This document shows positions 25,592 through 38,839 of a stretch of 64,000 nucleotides of DNA, piece by piece. A program made the position numbers and the translations under genes. The first letter of the stretch is position 1, and each line of letters starts with the position of its first letter. The stretch comes from Lama glama (taxonomy: Eukaryota): the NCBI GenBank assembly GCA_028534125.1, contig CM052817.1:13146001-13210000 (forward strand). The letters run 5' to 3'. A model generated the notes under the pieces. The model made no database searches. It worked only from the letters and a program-made list of their open reading frames with translations, and was not told the origin of the DNA.

Positions 25592-27405
25592 TTTTTTAAT
25601 TTTATTGTGCTAAGAATACAACATGAGATCTACTCTCTTAACAAATTTTTAATGACCCAATACTATATTGTTGATACTAGGTGCAGTGTTGTCAGCAGAA
25701 CTCTAGAATTTATTCATCTTGCTTAAGTGAAGCTTTTGCCTCGAGATTAGTAACTCCCCATTTCTCCTCCTCCTAGTCCTTGGCAAACACCATTGTACGC
25801 TTGGATCCTATGAATTTGGCTACTTTAGATACCTCATATAAGTGCAATCATGCAGCATTTGTGTTTCTGTGACTGACTTATTTCACTTGGTATAATGTCT
25901 TCAGGGTTCATCCGTGTTTTACAAATGTGGAGATTCCCTTCTTTTTAAAGGCTTAATAATACTCCACTTTATGAGTAAATATGCCACATTTTCCTTATCC
26001 ATTTATCTGCCAATTGGCATTCAGGTTGTTTCTCCACCTTGGCCATTATGAATAATGCTGAAGTGAACTTGGGAGGGCTGATACCCCTTTGAGATCCTGG
26101 TTTCAGTTCTTCTGAATAGATACCCAGAGTGAGATTGCTGGATCGTAAGGTAGTTCTGTTTTCAATTTATTTGAGGAGCATCCCCACTGCTCCATCACAA
26201 CTGCACCATTTTGCATTCTCAGCAACAATGTACAAGAGTGCCAATTTCTCCACATCCTCACCAAAACTTGTTTTTGTTTTTTCATAGCAGCCATCCAGCA
26301 GTGTAAGGCAATAGGTCATTATGGTTTTGATTTGCATTTACCTACTGATTAGTGATGATGATCAATTTTTTCATATACCTGTTGGCTATTTGTATGTGCT
26401 TTTTTTTTGAGAAATATATGTTTAATTCTTAGCCCATTGGGTTGCTAATTATTTTAGTCAGGTTTTTAGTGTTTTTGCTTGATCTGTAGGAGTTCCTTAT
26501 GCATTTTGGAAATTAACCTCTTGTCAAATATATGGCTTACAAATGTTTTCTTCCATTTCATACGTTGCCTTTTCATTCTGTTGATTATTTCCTTTGCTGC
26601 ATAGAAGATTTTTAGTTTGATATAGTCCCACTTTTGTTGTTGTGGTGGTGGTTATTGTTGTCTGTGTTTTTGGTGTCACATTCATGAAATTATCACCAAG
26701 ACAAGCATCATGAAACCTTTCTCCTGTGTTTCTTTCTAGGAGTTTTATGTTTTCATGGCTTATGTTCAAAAATACATTTTGAGTTGATTTTATATATGGT
26801 ATAAGATAGGAGTTCAATTTTGTTCTTTTATTTTTTTATTTAATTTTTATTTAGAGGGAGGAGGTAATTAGATTTTATTTTTTTTAATAGCGGTCCTAGG
26901 GATTGAACCAGGAACTGTGTGCTTGCTAGGCACGTGCTCTACCACAGAGCTATACCCTGCCCCCCTGATTTTATTCTTTTACATGTGGATATCCAGTTCT
27001 CCCAACACCATTTATTGAAGAGACTATCCTTTCTCGATTGTGTGTGCACAATTGACCATACACATATGGTCTCATTTGGGGGCTCTGTGTGTTCTATTGG
27101 TCTGTATGTCTTTTTTTTTTTAATCAGTACAATATTTTTTGATTACTATAGTTTTGTGATGTATTTTGAAATCAGGAGTAGTGATGTTTCCTGCTTTGTT
27201 TTTCTTCCCCAAGATTATTTGGCTGTTCATGGCCTTTTGTGGTTCCTATGAATTTCTGAATTATTTTTTTATTTCTGTAAAAAATGCCATTGAGATTTTG
27301 ATAAGGATTGCATCAAACCTAAAGATTGCTTTGGGTATGAACATTTTAACAGAATTAAATCTGATAAACAAGCACGAGTTACCCTCCCATTTGTTTGTGT
27401 CTTCC
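25592..27405 (-). mobile_element. 5'-truncated L1 (L1MA-type 3'UTR + ORF2 3' part), interrupted by a SINE
   Basis: 3'UTR antisense aacatgagatctactctcttaacaaattttt; minus-strand peptides ELPYDPAIS and PKAIFRFDAILIKISMAFFTEI are L1 ORF2 motifs. Confidence 0.92.
26831..26965 (-). mobile_element. tRNA-derived SINE, camelid Vic-type
   Basis: Reverse complement reads gggggcagggtatagctctgtggtagagcacgtgcctagcaagcacacagttcctggttcaatccctagg..aaaataaaatctaattacctcctccc then an A-rich tail. Pol III A/B-box-like motifs. 14-bp TSD attttgttctttta (26817-26830) / attttattctttta (26968-26981). Confidence 0.88.
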
Positions 27406-27829
27406 CTATTCCTTTTACGTTTCTTATATCCAGGGAAGAGGCAGGGCCAGAAAAAGACCGGTTTAGAGCCCATTAACGGTGCTCCTCATCAGACTACTTT
27501 CAAATCAGATTTTCCTTTCTACTCTTCTCTGTATTCAACACATCCTACAAGGCAGATTTTAAGGTCATGTATCTGGCCAGACCACCCCTAGTTATCCTTC
27601 TTTAATAAACAGTCTCTATATGTCACTGTTTGTTTTCCATACTATTAGTCAATTATACTACACTCTTTGTTAAAACTTTAGAAGCCAGAATTAAACTTTG
27701 GATTTATTTATTCATTGAGCGATCAATTAATTTCTTTTTTTAAATCATATTTTCTGAACACGTTTTGTATGCTGGTGGGTGACCCCAGGAATAGAGAATC
27801 TATTAGGTAAGACATCACTGGGTAGTAAC

Positions 27830-28035
27830 AATTATTTAAAGTGTTGTATGCAAGGACCTGCCTGACTAACTTTGGCCAAATCATGCCAATAATCTAAGGC
27901 TCTTGGTCTTCATTTCTTATTGATAAAATGAGGATAAAAATGTTTGTCCTCCTACCTAAAAACAGGGTTGAGGTGGTAATTAAATAGAATAACAGATAAT
28001 AAAAAACACTTTCTAAACCCAAAAGCACTGTGTAG
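27830..28035 (+). mobile_element. MIR SINE relic
   Basis: aactttggccaaatca..cttggtcttcatttcttattgataaaatgaggataa..cagggttgaggtgg..attaaata. Confidence 0.6.
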
Positions 28036-28339
28036 AACAAATGATTTAGTAGCCCACTTCATCTCAAAGGTTTTGTTTACCAAATAGTTTGTTGTTTTTT
28101 AAGAATCTGAAAGCTGCTTCTCTGTAGTTTTTGTAGTGAACGCTGCTTTGTTTTCAGAGTCCCCTGAACACATTTTCCTTTTTCCTCTACAAGTTTGCAA
28201 GGTAGCTATCATAACTTTTCTTAACTTTCTTCGTGAAGATGAATATTTCAAGTGTGTATATCTTTTTGTTATTTTCATGTGAAATAGTTTTGACTCTTTT
28301 GCCCTTGCACTCTTCTGTCTACTCCTGAGTGTTTTTTTT

Positions 28340-28450
28340 TTCAATTAATAGGTTTTGATTTTTTCAGAGTAGTTTTAGGTGTTTAGAAACATTGAACAGA
28401 AAATTCAGAGAGTTCCCGTAGAGCCACTCTGCTCCCGCACACAGTTCCAA
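28340..28450 (-). mobile_element. L1 3'UTR terminal fragment (L1MC-like)
   Basis: tttttcagagtagttttaggtgtttagaaacattgaacagaaaattcagagagttccc resembles the antisense 3' end of old L1M families. Confidence 0.7.
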
Positions 28451-28519
28451 GTTAATTTTTCTATCACATGTGGCTGTCAAAATTGGACACATTATCCCAG
28501 CTGTGATCAAGGACTTAGT

Positions 28520-29010
28520 TCACATGGAGACTAGAGAGGGAGAGGACTCAGGCATGACCCCCAGATTTCTGGCTCTTGTAACCATATGGATGGTGCAAAC
28601 ATTTATGCATTTAGATCGTGAACAAAAGAGCAGAGTTGAGACGGTAGAGGAAGATTTCAGTTCCTGATGTATTGTGTTTGAGGCATCTGTGAAGTACCCA
28701 TGGAGACATGTCCATAGGACACTTGGGTTGGGATGACGGCACTCAGGAGAAAGAAGCTGTTGTGAAAAGAGACAGCATGAAAGTAGCCAAGAGCCCTGCT
28801 TAGAATGTGATCAGGAAGGAGAACAACGAGGAGCTAGTGGAGGACCCAGGAGAGACTGAAAGAAAACTGCGGAGGTGACTGTCTCAAGAAAAGCCCGGTT
28901 TCTGTTGGTTTTATTATGTTTCCTTGTAGAAAAGTCAGATGAGAGAGTCTTTGCAGTTGGTTTGGCCGTGTTGGCTTCAGCAGATCCAGCTGAACTTTTG
29001 CAGCATAGTC
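28520..29010 (-). mobile_element. L2 LINE relic
   Basis: ggcatgacccccagatttctggct..tgtgtttgaggcatctgtgaagtacccatggagacatgtcca is typical purine-rich antisense L2. Confidence 0.7.
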
Positions 29011-29999
29011 TGAAGTGGGTTCAAGAGTTACGAGACGTCGATGGCACAAGTGGCCCCAGAATTGGGAGTTTGGAAAAGATGATAGAGAATGCAGTGTTTG
29101 GAACACCACAGAGAATCCAGGAGGTAGATGCAGCATTATGGCCAGAATTTTAGGGATGCTTTGTGCACTTTAAGTTGGGCTATCTTCTGTCAGCTAGACT
29201 TCCACAGGGGGCTTTATTGTCTCGCTGCCAGACAGTAGTCTCTGACTTTTTAACCCGGGTGTGCACTGTCTTTTTTTGTTGTTGTTGTTGTTCCCCAGCT
29301 CCTAATATAACATGCTGTTCTTTTGTATATTGACCTTCGGTTTCAGTGCTGCTGTTTATGCATATATTCCATCCTGCTAGTCTGTGGATCCCTGTGTCAA
29401 TGGTCAATTGTAATTTCCAGATACCCTGGGACCAACTGTGTTTCATTATATTCTGTAAAACATCTGGGATATATTTCAATTCTATTTATGTGTAGCTTAG
29501 TCAGGAATACCTATCCTTTGGATAATGCAAAATCCTAATGTTATTATAAATTGATTTTAGTTATATTTTAAATTAATTGAAAGGTTTAGCCGTGGTAAAC
29601 ACATAAGATTATCACTGAGTCAAAATATAGAACATTAAATCAAGGGTTAGTTTTAGGATAGTACAAACATGCTTTGTGGCATATGCACAATCTTGTAAAA
29701 ATGATAAGCATCTTAATATTAAGCTAAGACTAATATGAAAAATATTCAACGTGGTAAAAACTTATAAGAAATGTGTTTTCTATATCAAATGCTTCATTAA
29801 TGGGGAAGTTAAACTTTATTCTTTTCATACTATGGCTGGATTATTTAAAAAACAGAAGTAAGTAGCAGACTGTAAATTCTCAATACTGTGCTATTTGGTT
29901 TAAGAAAAATGCTCTGTTCAAATTACGGAATAATATTAATTGGATTCATATTATAATTACAGTGCCCACCCCACAGTCTTAGGTCTGAAGCAACACAGG

Positions 30000-30200
30000 A
30001 TAGTCTGGGTTTAAGTTCTGGCTTTGCCATTTATGAGCCGAGTGACCCTAGGCCAAGTGCCAAACTCTCTGACCCTCAACTTTTGCACCTATAAAAGGGG
30101 TCAGTAATGGTATCTGCCTCACAGGAAGTCAGGAGTCTTGATTAGATCAATGTATGTAAAATGATCCAGGCAATAACTGAACATATTAAGTGCCTTGTGA
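30000..30200 (+). mobile_element. MIR SINE relic
   Basis: ctgggtttaagttctggctttgccatttatgagccgagtgaccctaggccaagt..ctctctgaccctcaac..cacctataaaagggg. Confidence 0.8.
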
Positions 30201-31084
30201 TTGTTCACTAACATCATAGTTCATTTGCATCTTTACCCGGTTCTTTTCAGTGTGCATGTCAGTGAGAATGAGTATATGAGTACGAGCATCAGTGGGAATG
30301 ACACTTTATCCTTCTGTAGTGCTATTCTCATGACAGGAGCTTAAACTTAGGGTTAGATGACAGAGCTGTCTTACCAAATGAAGTAGTTAAATTGGTGATA
30401 CAGTTAAGACGAGATTAGATCCTATTTAAAACCTATGCGAAGTATGTCTCACATAGTATGTTGACACTTAACCTACGTTACTTGAAGCTACTCTCCTTTT
30501 TAGGGACTTAGTCAATCAGTGTTCTTTGAGTATCTAATAGGCATCAAATATTAAGACAGGTGCAGTTATTAAGCCTCCAGGCAGCTTACACGCTGGAGGG
30601 CCAGAGTTGTATCAAACAAATAAGTACTGCAAAGAAAAAGTTACAGTGATATTGGACTATAGAGGAGGGCACCTCTCCCGGTACTGAGCTGCAAAAGCTG
30701 CCCTAATTGAAGTGCTGTAGTAAGCTGAGATCCAAGAGTGACAATGTTAGCTACCCGAGGAGGAGAAGAACCAGGGAGAAAGTACGGGCTGTGGGAGTTT
30801 ACGTGGTGTGTGTACTGACTGTAGAGAGATACAGGTGTGACGTGACGCCAGGGACTGAACGACGAGCCAGAACTCGTAGAACTCAGAGTTCCTGTTAAGG
30901 AAAGTGACTTGATGCACCCTAAGTCTTTTCGTTTGTGTTTTTTGTTTTCTTACTAGCATGAAAGTGAAATATTAGGGTTATGTTTTTAATGGGCGGTTCA
31001 CTTTAACATTCTGTACTTTCCAACTGTATAAGTTTGATTTAATAAGCATACCTGTAAATCCTATGCATCATATTTTGATGATTA

Positions 31085-32480
31085 CTGCGACTACTGTGGG
31101 GAAGACTGATTGAATCGGAGCTGTGGATGCAGAGAGAGCCAACAGGAGGCAATTCAGTAATGCAGGAGAGAGATTATTGCATCTTGGCCTAGAAGGATGG
31201 CTCTTGGAAAGAAGGAAGGTAGATACTTTTAGAATCTTTAGAAGAGAGAATTTGTAAAATTTCGGGATTGATGGATAGAAAAAGAGATGAGTGTACTATG
31301 GTTCCCAGGGCTCTGGTTTGAGTATATGAGATGTGGAATATAGGATGAGGCAGAGTTTTGGTTGTGGGGAAGTTTATAAGTTTAGCACTGAAGTTTTATT
31401 TTTTTCTCTTCAAATTAGGTCTGGACTACTGTGGAGCAAATGAAACGTTAAGATGGGTATATGGTTCTGGAGTGCAGAAGAAAGCTCTCAATTACAGTAT
31501 AAATCTACAGGCCATGAACATAGGGATGGAAATTGAAGACACACAGGTAGATTGGGTTACAATGTAGGGAAAGATACAGAACAAAAAAGAAGAGCACCTA
31601 ATGCCTGAAAAAAAGCCAGCAACCAATGATCAGTTAAAGAGGGAGGAACTAATCAGGGAAGCTAAAGAGAGAAATGGGAATGTGGTACGTCAGATGTCTA
31701 GGAAAGGAATGTTTTGAAGGAGAAGGGAGTGGGCCCACAGGGTGAATACTGCTGTTAGGTCAAGTACAATGAGCACTAAGTATATTTCATGGTTTAGTGA
31801 AATGGATATTGAGGCCAAATTAACTGTAGTAAGAACACACCAGGTAAAGTGGTTAGAGTAGAACTATTAGAGGAAGCAGGAAGTGAAGAAACAAAGAATA
31901 AACAACTCTTGTTTGATACTTGACCTTGGAAAAAAATGAGTAAATTGAGCAAATGCGATTGTCTAGAAGAGGAAAGGGAATTGAAAGAGTTTATGTGTTT
32001 TTGTTTTTGTTGCAAGACGGGAGGTAAGATTTTCTCCCTTATGGAAAGGAGTCAAAAGGAGAGAGTGACTAAAGGTACAGGAGAAGGTTGGTAGTAGACA
32101 TCTCCAGGGTCCTGAGGAGGTAAGAGGGATGCAGAACACAGAAGTAAGAGACAGGTGCCGTGAAGAAGCAGGTCAGCTCATAGATTCAGATGTTGGATGT
32201 TAAGACAGTTTCTGTTTAACCCCTCTCCATTTCCTTGGTGAATAGAAAGCAATTGCTTCTGTAGAGTATGAGGAAGGCCAGTGGAGTGGGGTCCAGGTGC
32301 TGGAGAAGAGTTGAGAGCTTCAGAGCAGGAGAGCCAGAGAATGAGCTGACTAGACAGACACATGTATCAACATGCACTGGTAAATCCTGCTCAAAGATGG
32401 TGACCATACATTTTATGCAGATGCTAGCTGACTCTGAGATTGTTCCATGAGTACTCAGCAGCTAAGATGCATGTACAGAG
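31085..32480 (-). mobile_element. Long, highly decayed L2 LINE relic
   Basis: Ordered antisense L2 landmarks: aggaggcaattcagtaatgcaggagagagat, tggttcccagggctctggtttgag, aatactgctgttaggtcaagtacaatgag, aaacaactctt. Confidence 0.7.
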
Positions 32481-33254
32481 AAGATAGGTATTTTGGGGAC
32501 TTTAGGGCATTTGCAATAAAATCCCCAGACAAAAGTGAGTCTAAGTTACTGGTGAGGCTATCGTTGCAAGGATGATGGGCTTCAAGCTGGATGGGCTTCA
32601 TCTTTGTCATCGTCTTCACCCGTTATCATCTTCTGAGTAAGGGTGGAATTGAAGTCATAAAGGAAGAAAGGAGAAGAAGTGGTTGGTAAGGAGTGAATGA
32701 TTCTCGCATCTCATCATGCCGCTGTCACCACAGAGACACTGTGTTGAAAGAACATTGTCTCTCCATCCAATTCTTGGGACGAACTCTAGCTAATTGTGTT
32801 GATCAGAGCTAAATATTTGTTGAAACAAGTTTTGCTGTCAGACCAGAATTTGTACCTCAAAAGTAAGAGCCAATCTGGCTGATTCCTTTGTGACTCCCCG
32901 CCTCCTGGCTTTCTCCTCCATTTGCTCGCCCTTCTGTTTGGTGGATGCTCCATGAATCATGTTTCTGGGTGAGAGGCAGAGCTGGAAGGGTGTGCTCTTC
33001 AACTGGGAAGGCCTTCTATCTGTGCTGACTCTCCCCTGCTCCATCCAGCGGACGTGCGCCCCACCCCTGCAGCCAGGGTGTGGGTTCGCCATAACCAGCT
33101 CGGTGATATCTCAGCAAACACACTCGAGTGAGCAGTTCTAAGATCTTGATTCAGAGTGGAAGGTAAAAGATCCTTTTTAGCCCAAATCTAAACTGTGTTC
33201 TCCCATCTGATATAAGGGAGAAGTTACGAATGGAGTCTGTGGTGTGCATCTGAT

Positions 33255-33410
33255 CCCTAAGTGTGGGTCTTTGACCAGCTTACTTAGGCTCCCCGATTTT
33301 TCATCTAAAAGTGGGACCCTAATAATACCCATCTCACAGGTTGGGAATGAAGATTGAACAAGTGAATGCATGTGGAACATTTACCTAGTACCTAAAGCAT
33401 CATATTTAAC
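33255..33410 (+). mobile_element. MIR SINE relic
   Basis: ttttcatctaaaagtgggaccctaataatacccatctcacaggttgggaatgaagattgaa. Confidence 0.7.
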
Positions 33411-34900
33411 AAATATGCATTTTTTAAATTAACTATTATTTTATCAGTGGGCTCTTAGTATTGTTTTATGAAGTGCTTAGATTTCTTTTTAATTTCTAAC
33501 ATTTTTATTTTAAAATATTTGCTTTACTCTTGTCTCATTTAATTGGTGATCTTAGAATATGTTCCTCTTTTTCACTCTGGAGGGAAGGAGGGAGAAGTGG
33601 GAAGCTGGGGACACTGAGCCCCGAGGGGCAGAGGAACAACACACCTCCTGGAGGTACCTGAGAGGATACAAGGGAGAAATGGGAGGATGGGCCCTGAAGG
33701 ATGGGACAGTGGGAACAGTGAGTAAATAAAATGCTTAGACTCACATGACTGGAAAGATGCTGGAACCCAAAATTTGAATCAAAAATCTCCCAAGGCTTAA
33801 ATCTGCCCTTAATACCATTATCAAGTTGTTTTTACTGTACCTAAGAAAATTGAGTAAAAGTTATTGCTTAAGTCAGAAATGAAAAAAGAGTTAAATTATC
33901 TGTGTAAAATTTGAATTATCTGTTATATATGTAATAGCTAGCTGTATTTGTTAGTTTTAGTAAGAGCAAAGTTATAAAGACAATACTAATTCTGTTTCTC
34001 ATTAAAAATGGAAATTTCAATGTTTCATATTTATTAATTCGTTTTTATTGTTGTTATGTAGTACATTTTTAGTTACCTGTATTCAGTTTATACACTGAAT
34101 ATTTACTACATATCTCATTAAAGAAATAAAAGGGATTTAGCATTATTGCCATACTGAGGAAAAAAAAAATCTGCTTACAGTGAATAAGGTGGGATGTTAG
34201 TTTTAGCAAACTCATTGCCCAGCCGATTACCTTCACCCCACACTTCCATACTTTCTGCCCCACACATTTCACCTTCAGCACCCGGAATAGTTCAGCGTGT
34301 GCTGGTTCATCCATTGCTGGGTTGATATATCTCAAAATTGCGAGTGGGAGTCTGGAACTCAGAGGACAAAGGGTTATTCAAGCTTCACCACTCATCAATG
34401 AGTGCCCTTTCTCATCGTGGCTCTTCAGTTCCTTTAGGTAAGATGAGGACAGCAGCACTGACCCATTTTCACAGTCTCAATAAAAAAAAAAATTAAACGC
34501 CTACATAAAAAGATGTTAGTATTCTTTTCAGCTTTGAAATAAAGATTTAAATGTGGGAAATTATGAGAGAGAAAACTTTTTAAGTTAAAACGTGGTGAAG
34601 GATTTGACTTAGAGATACGTTTATAGTTTTAAAACAAAATATCAAGATATTCAAAAAGGTAATACAAGTGGAAGCACTGTGTAAGCTCTAAATAGTCTAT
34701 AAATACAATAGTAGTGATATTACAAAACATTTGTTCATTTAAAATTCTCAGATTTCTTAAGGGAAGTATCTACCTTATTTTAATTATAAAAATATATTTA
34801 ATAACTGTTCACATCCAATTCCATTTAGATCTAAAATACGTTATTTTGTAGACATATACATTTTTAAAGTAGTTGAGATTGTTAAAAATGAAGGCTAGCT

Positions 34901-35123
34901 CACTATGGAAAACAGTATGTAGGTTCCTTAGAAAACTAAAAATAAGGTTATCATATGATCCAGCAACCCCACTCCTGGGCATATATTCAGAAAAGATGAA
35001 AACTCTTTTTATTTGAAGAGATATATGCACCCCAGTGTTCGCAGCAGCACTATTTACAATAGCCAAGATATGGAGACAAACTAAATGTCCATCAAGAGAT
35101 GAACAGATAAAAATGTGGTATTT

Positions 35124-35167
<44 letters not shown>

Positions 35168-35613
35168 GGAATATTACTCAGCCATAAAAAAGAATCAAAT
35201 AAGGCTATTTGCAGCAACATGAATGGGCCTAGAGATTATCATACTAAGTGAACTAAGTCAGACAGAGAAAGACAAATATCATATAAGACCACTTATATGT
35301 AGAATCTGAAAAAAATGATACAAATGAATTTATTTACAAAACAGAAACAGACTCACATAGAAAACAAACTTATGATTACTAAAGGGGAAAGCAGGGGAGA
35401 AAGGGATAAATTAGGAGTTTGGGATTAATAGATATCCACTACTATATATAAAATAGATAAACAACAAGGACCTACTATATAGCACAAGGAACTATATTCA
35501 GTATCTTGTAATAACCTATAATGGAAAAGAATCTGAAATCGCTTTGCTGTACACCTGAAATTAACACATTGTAAATCAACTACATCAATAAAAATTATTT
35601 TAATTAAAAAAAT
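34901..35613 (+). mobile_element. 5'-truncated L1 (ORF2 end + artiodactyl-type 3'UTR) with TSD
   Basis: tatgatccagcaaccccactcctgggcatatatt; 3'UTR aacaaggacctactatatagcacaaggaactatattcagtatcttgtaataacc; A-rich tail. 19-bp TSD ttaaaaatgaaggctagct (34882-34900) / ttaaaaaggaaggccagct (35614-35632). Confidence 0.95.
35125..35162. repeat. (TG)n microsatellite inside the L1
   Basis: Uninterrupted TG run read directly. Confidence 0.95.
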
Positions 35614-36687
35614 TTAAAAAGGAAGGCCAGCTATATTTAATTTTAGGGAGTTAAAATACACAATTGGAAAACTGGAGAAACAGTAACAATTTAAAATATT
35701 GCTATTTCATACCATTTTTACTTAAGTTGACTCGGGAAACACAAGTAAGTGTCATTTAATGAAAATACGTATAGAGGTAAGTTTATAAGGTAGATACGCA
35801 GTGATGCAGTAATGCTTCTAATTTGACTTAACATGAATCGTTGCTTAGTATCATGTATTAAAATACTGTTGGCAAACCACACACCAATTTCCAGGAGTTT
35901 CCACTGGAGACAGTGTTACGAGAGGCCATTGAACTTCACTTTTTTGAACTTTTGTTGCCGGGGCATTGGTTTCTGGATTGCTGTTCTGTTAGCACGATGA
36001 ACTAATTGACCTAGCAGGACTCCCTGTAGAATAGCAGCTTCTGCTTAGTTCATCAAGAGTACAATTTGTTGTTTCATTTCCTCTTCTAGTCCCACTGGGG
36101 AAATTGAATTGTGGAAAGACTACCTACTGGGAGCATTCAGCGCTCGTGACTGAATAAGTAACTTATTTATTTATTTGGTACTGTCTTAATTAGCAAAGGA
36201 AGGAGGACTTTATTAAGGAAGAGGGTACTGTGATTTTGATACAGATAACGTGCTGTTAGCAAAGCATTTGATTCACAGAGCCTTCCTTTTCAGGGCCTTT
36301 TGCAGGGGCAGAACTTATATAAAATTTTAAATTTTAATTTGCGATGCTAGAGCTGTTTGCCATTCCAGAAATGGTTAGTCCAATGCAGAAGTTGAAGACA
36401 AGTCAATGGTGGTGTTTAAGAAAAAAAAAAAAGCAAACAAAACACAGCTGTGAAGTTTGGAAGACTTTTTTCGTTGGACCACACAGACTTTAAGTTTTAA
36501 TTTTTCTCCAATGAGGATTGCTTGTCCATAATAGTGTCCAAATGTGGCCTTGAAAAACTTGTCCTTAAGTTTTAAAACCTTTTCAGTTTTCCAATTGCAT
36601 CATTTTCTGTTAATGTATGCACTCATAGGCAACAGCAGAGATCATGACACCTTTGATGATGAAAGAAGTCAGGTAATATATTTTATT

Positions 36688-36730
36688 TATATATATATAT
36701 GTATGTGTGTGTGTGTGTGTGTGTGTGTAT
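36688..36730. repeat. (TA)n(TG)n microsatellite
   Basis: Read directly. Confidence 0.9.
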
Positions 36731-36884
36731 ATTTTTTAAGAATGGGGTACTAGTTTCTGTTGTATCTTAGCAAACTCTTAAGTGTAATAAGGAAATTTCC
36801 TAAGATATGATTTAAATCTACTCTACATTAAAGCCTCAGACGTTTTCTAGAACACCAGTTTAATTAGCTGCTTAACCTGAGGTA

Positions 36885-37120
36885 GAGGCAGAACAGCACA
36901 TGATTACAGACTCCGGCTCGGGAACAAGACAGCCTTGATTCAAAATTCTCCTCTGTCCCTCACTAGCTGTGACCCTGGGCAAACAGCTTAATTCTCTGAA
37001 TCATTTAAGGTTAACTTACTAGGCATAACGAGAGTTCATAGAAGGGAAGCACTTGGAAGAGTGCCTAGCACACCAGCACATAAGAATTGCTCAGTGGGTA
37101 TTATTGGTTATTATGTATAT
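36885..37120 (+). mobile_element. MIR SINE relic
   Basis: agacagccttgattcaaaattctcctctgtccctcactagctgtgaccctgggcaa..gaagcacttggaagagtgcctagcaca. Confidence 0.75.
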
Positions 37121-38639
37121 TTCTTGACAATCTAGCACAAAACCTAGAGTGTCATGTACTCAGTAAGAAATTCTTAAATGAATTGTTTAATGAGTGAATG
37201 GACAAGAGGAAATGTTGTCCAGAAAACTTAGAATCATTATAAACCCATGTCTGTCCTATACTTTTAAACAAAACAGCACGTTTCTCTATAGTTATAAAAT
37301 TATAGCCAAGCATGAGAAAGGTTCTGAAGGGCTTAAAAATCTGTATTTAGATAATGGAGTCCTATTATTCCGAAATCATTACTTTGGTTTCTAAAAAATC
37401 TGAGCGTTATTTGCAACATTCCTGGAGTCTGGATGACTAGAAAAAGAATTTAAAGAATTCATGTTAATAAAATACTATGAAAACCTTCTAAGGATTTTTC
37501 AAAAATATGCCTTACAACCTTTATAAAGAAGAGCTCGTTTGTATATAGTTCCCTGATGTCTGAAATGGACAGGCGGGGTGCGGGAGGGGTTCAGGGGGTT
37601 GGAGCAGAGGGAGATACTTCATGGACTGAGTTCCTTATGTTCTGCACCAGATACAATGCGTATTCTGAACAAAACAAACAAACAAACTAAAGCATGGTCC
37701 CTACTCCCTGCAGAGGTATAATCAATCTGCTTGTGTAGACAGTTGTAATGTAACACATGATAACCAGAATTACATATATCTATACATGTACTATTCATAT
37801 ACGGATGATATATAATAGCATATACAGCAATACATAGTACATAAATATACCACCTACTACGTATAAAATCAAGTACTTTGTAATAAAGTAATAGTCTATG
37901 TTCTAGGAGTTTAAGAAAGTAAGAAAATTTCCTTCCAGTGCTTAGAGTGTTCTGCTTCTCTTTGAGAGAGATTTATGTGAAACTGTCGGAGTGAGGGAAT
38001 TGTCTTAATCGTTTTTTTAGAACTCTCAAAGTTCTGAAGTCTATGAAAAAGGTAAAAATATAAAATTTTCATTATGGGAGTTGGGTTATTTTGTATTATA
38101 TTAAGGAATATGAGCAAGACAGAGATATCATTGCTAATGATACATGTACTTTTATTTAGTAATCACAATGTTTTGGTAGCATTGAAGGTTTTTTGTTTTT
38201 TCCGCCATGATGGTAAGATGTGTGGAAATGCAAAGCAATGTGCCTGCCATATAATTTTCTTTGTGCTTGTCTGTCTGTTTGGCCTTCCTTCACTTCTTTT
38301 TTTAATTAATCTATGGTTATCAACAAGAAAGCATTGAGACTACTGTTACTATATTCAACCCAAGTGGAAGATGGTATCGATATGTAAGTAGTACATGGTG
38401 GCCACAATCAAACTTCTGTATGATCGGATATTTGGAAACCAACAAATTGTCACGTTATTCCTACCTTTAGCTAATTCTTAAAAATCAATTTCCACTTGGG
38501 TTCTTTCTTATAAAGAAATATGTTATTATTTACTTTCTCCAATGCATGAATAGTAAAATGATCCAGAAAGTATATTTTCATATGACAGACAAGTGGTTAT
38601 CATCTTGGCAAATATTACAGCAGCAGTAATACTCACTAA

Positions 38640-38830
38640 TATGTCATTTGCTCCTCTTGATGCTCTTGCAGTTAGTTGGGCCATGTGACTAGGTCTAGTC
38701 AATAGCACGTGATGTGTGTCACTTTAGGACTGACTCAGCTTTTGTGTGGTAGTGTAGTCTTTCTTCCCTTGCCACAAGGAAATGACAGTCTTTTCAATAA
38801 ATAGTCCTAGGTTAGCTGAATTTGCAAATG
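38640..38830 (+). mobile_element. Old MaLR LTR fragment (MLT1-type)
   Basis: cttgcagttagttgggccatgtgactaggtctagtcaatag..gtgatgtgtgtcactt resembles an MLT1 motif. Confidence 0.55.
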
Positions 38831-38839
38831 AGAACAACT

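Noticed and set aside
28875..29153. 92-aa ORF with a good acceptor (tttccttgtag) and protein-like composition
   Set aside because: Continues the antisense L2 relic from 28520; the donor (gag|gtagat) is weak and I recognise no homolog.
38327..38388. Possible + strand exon ending ..ATCGATAT|gtaagt
   Set aside because: Poor acceptor context; neither open frame resembles a protein I recognise.
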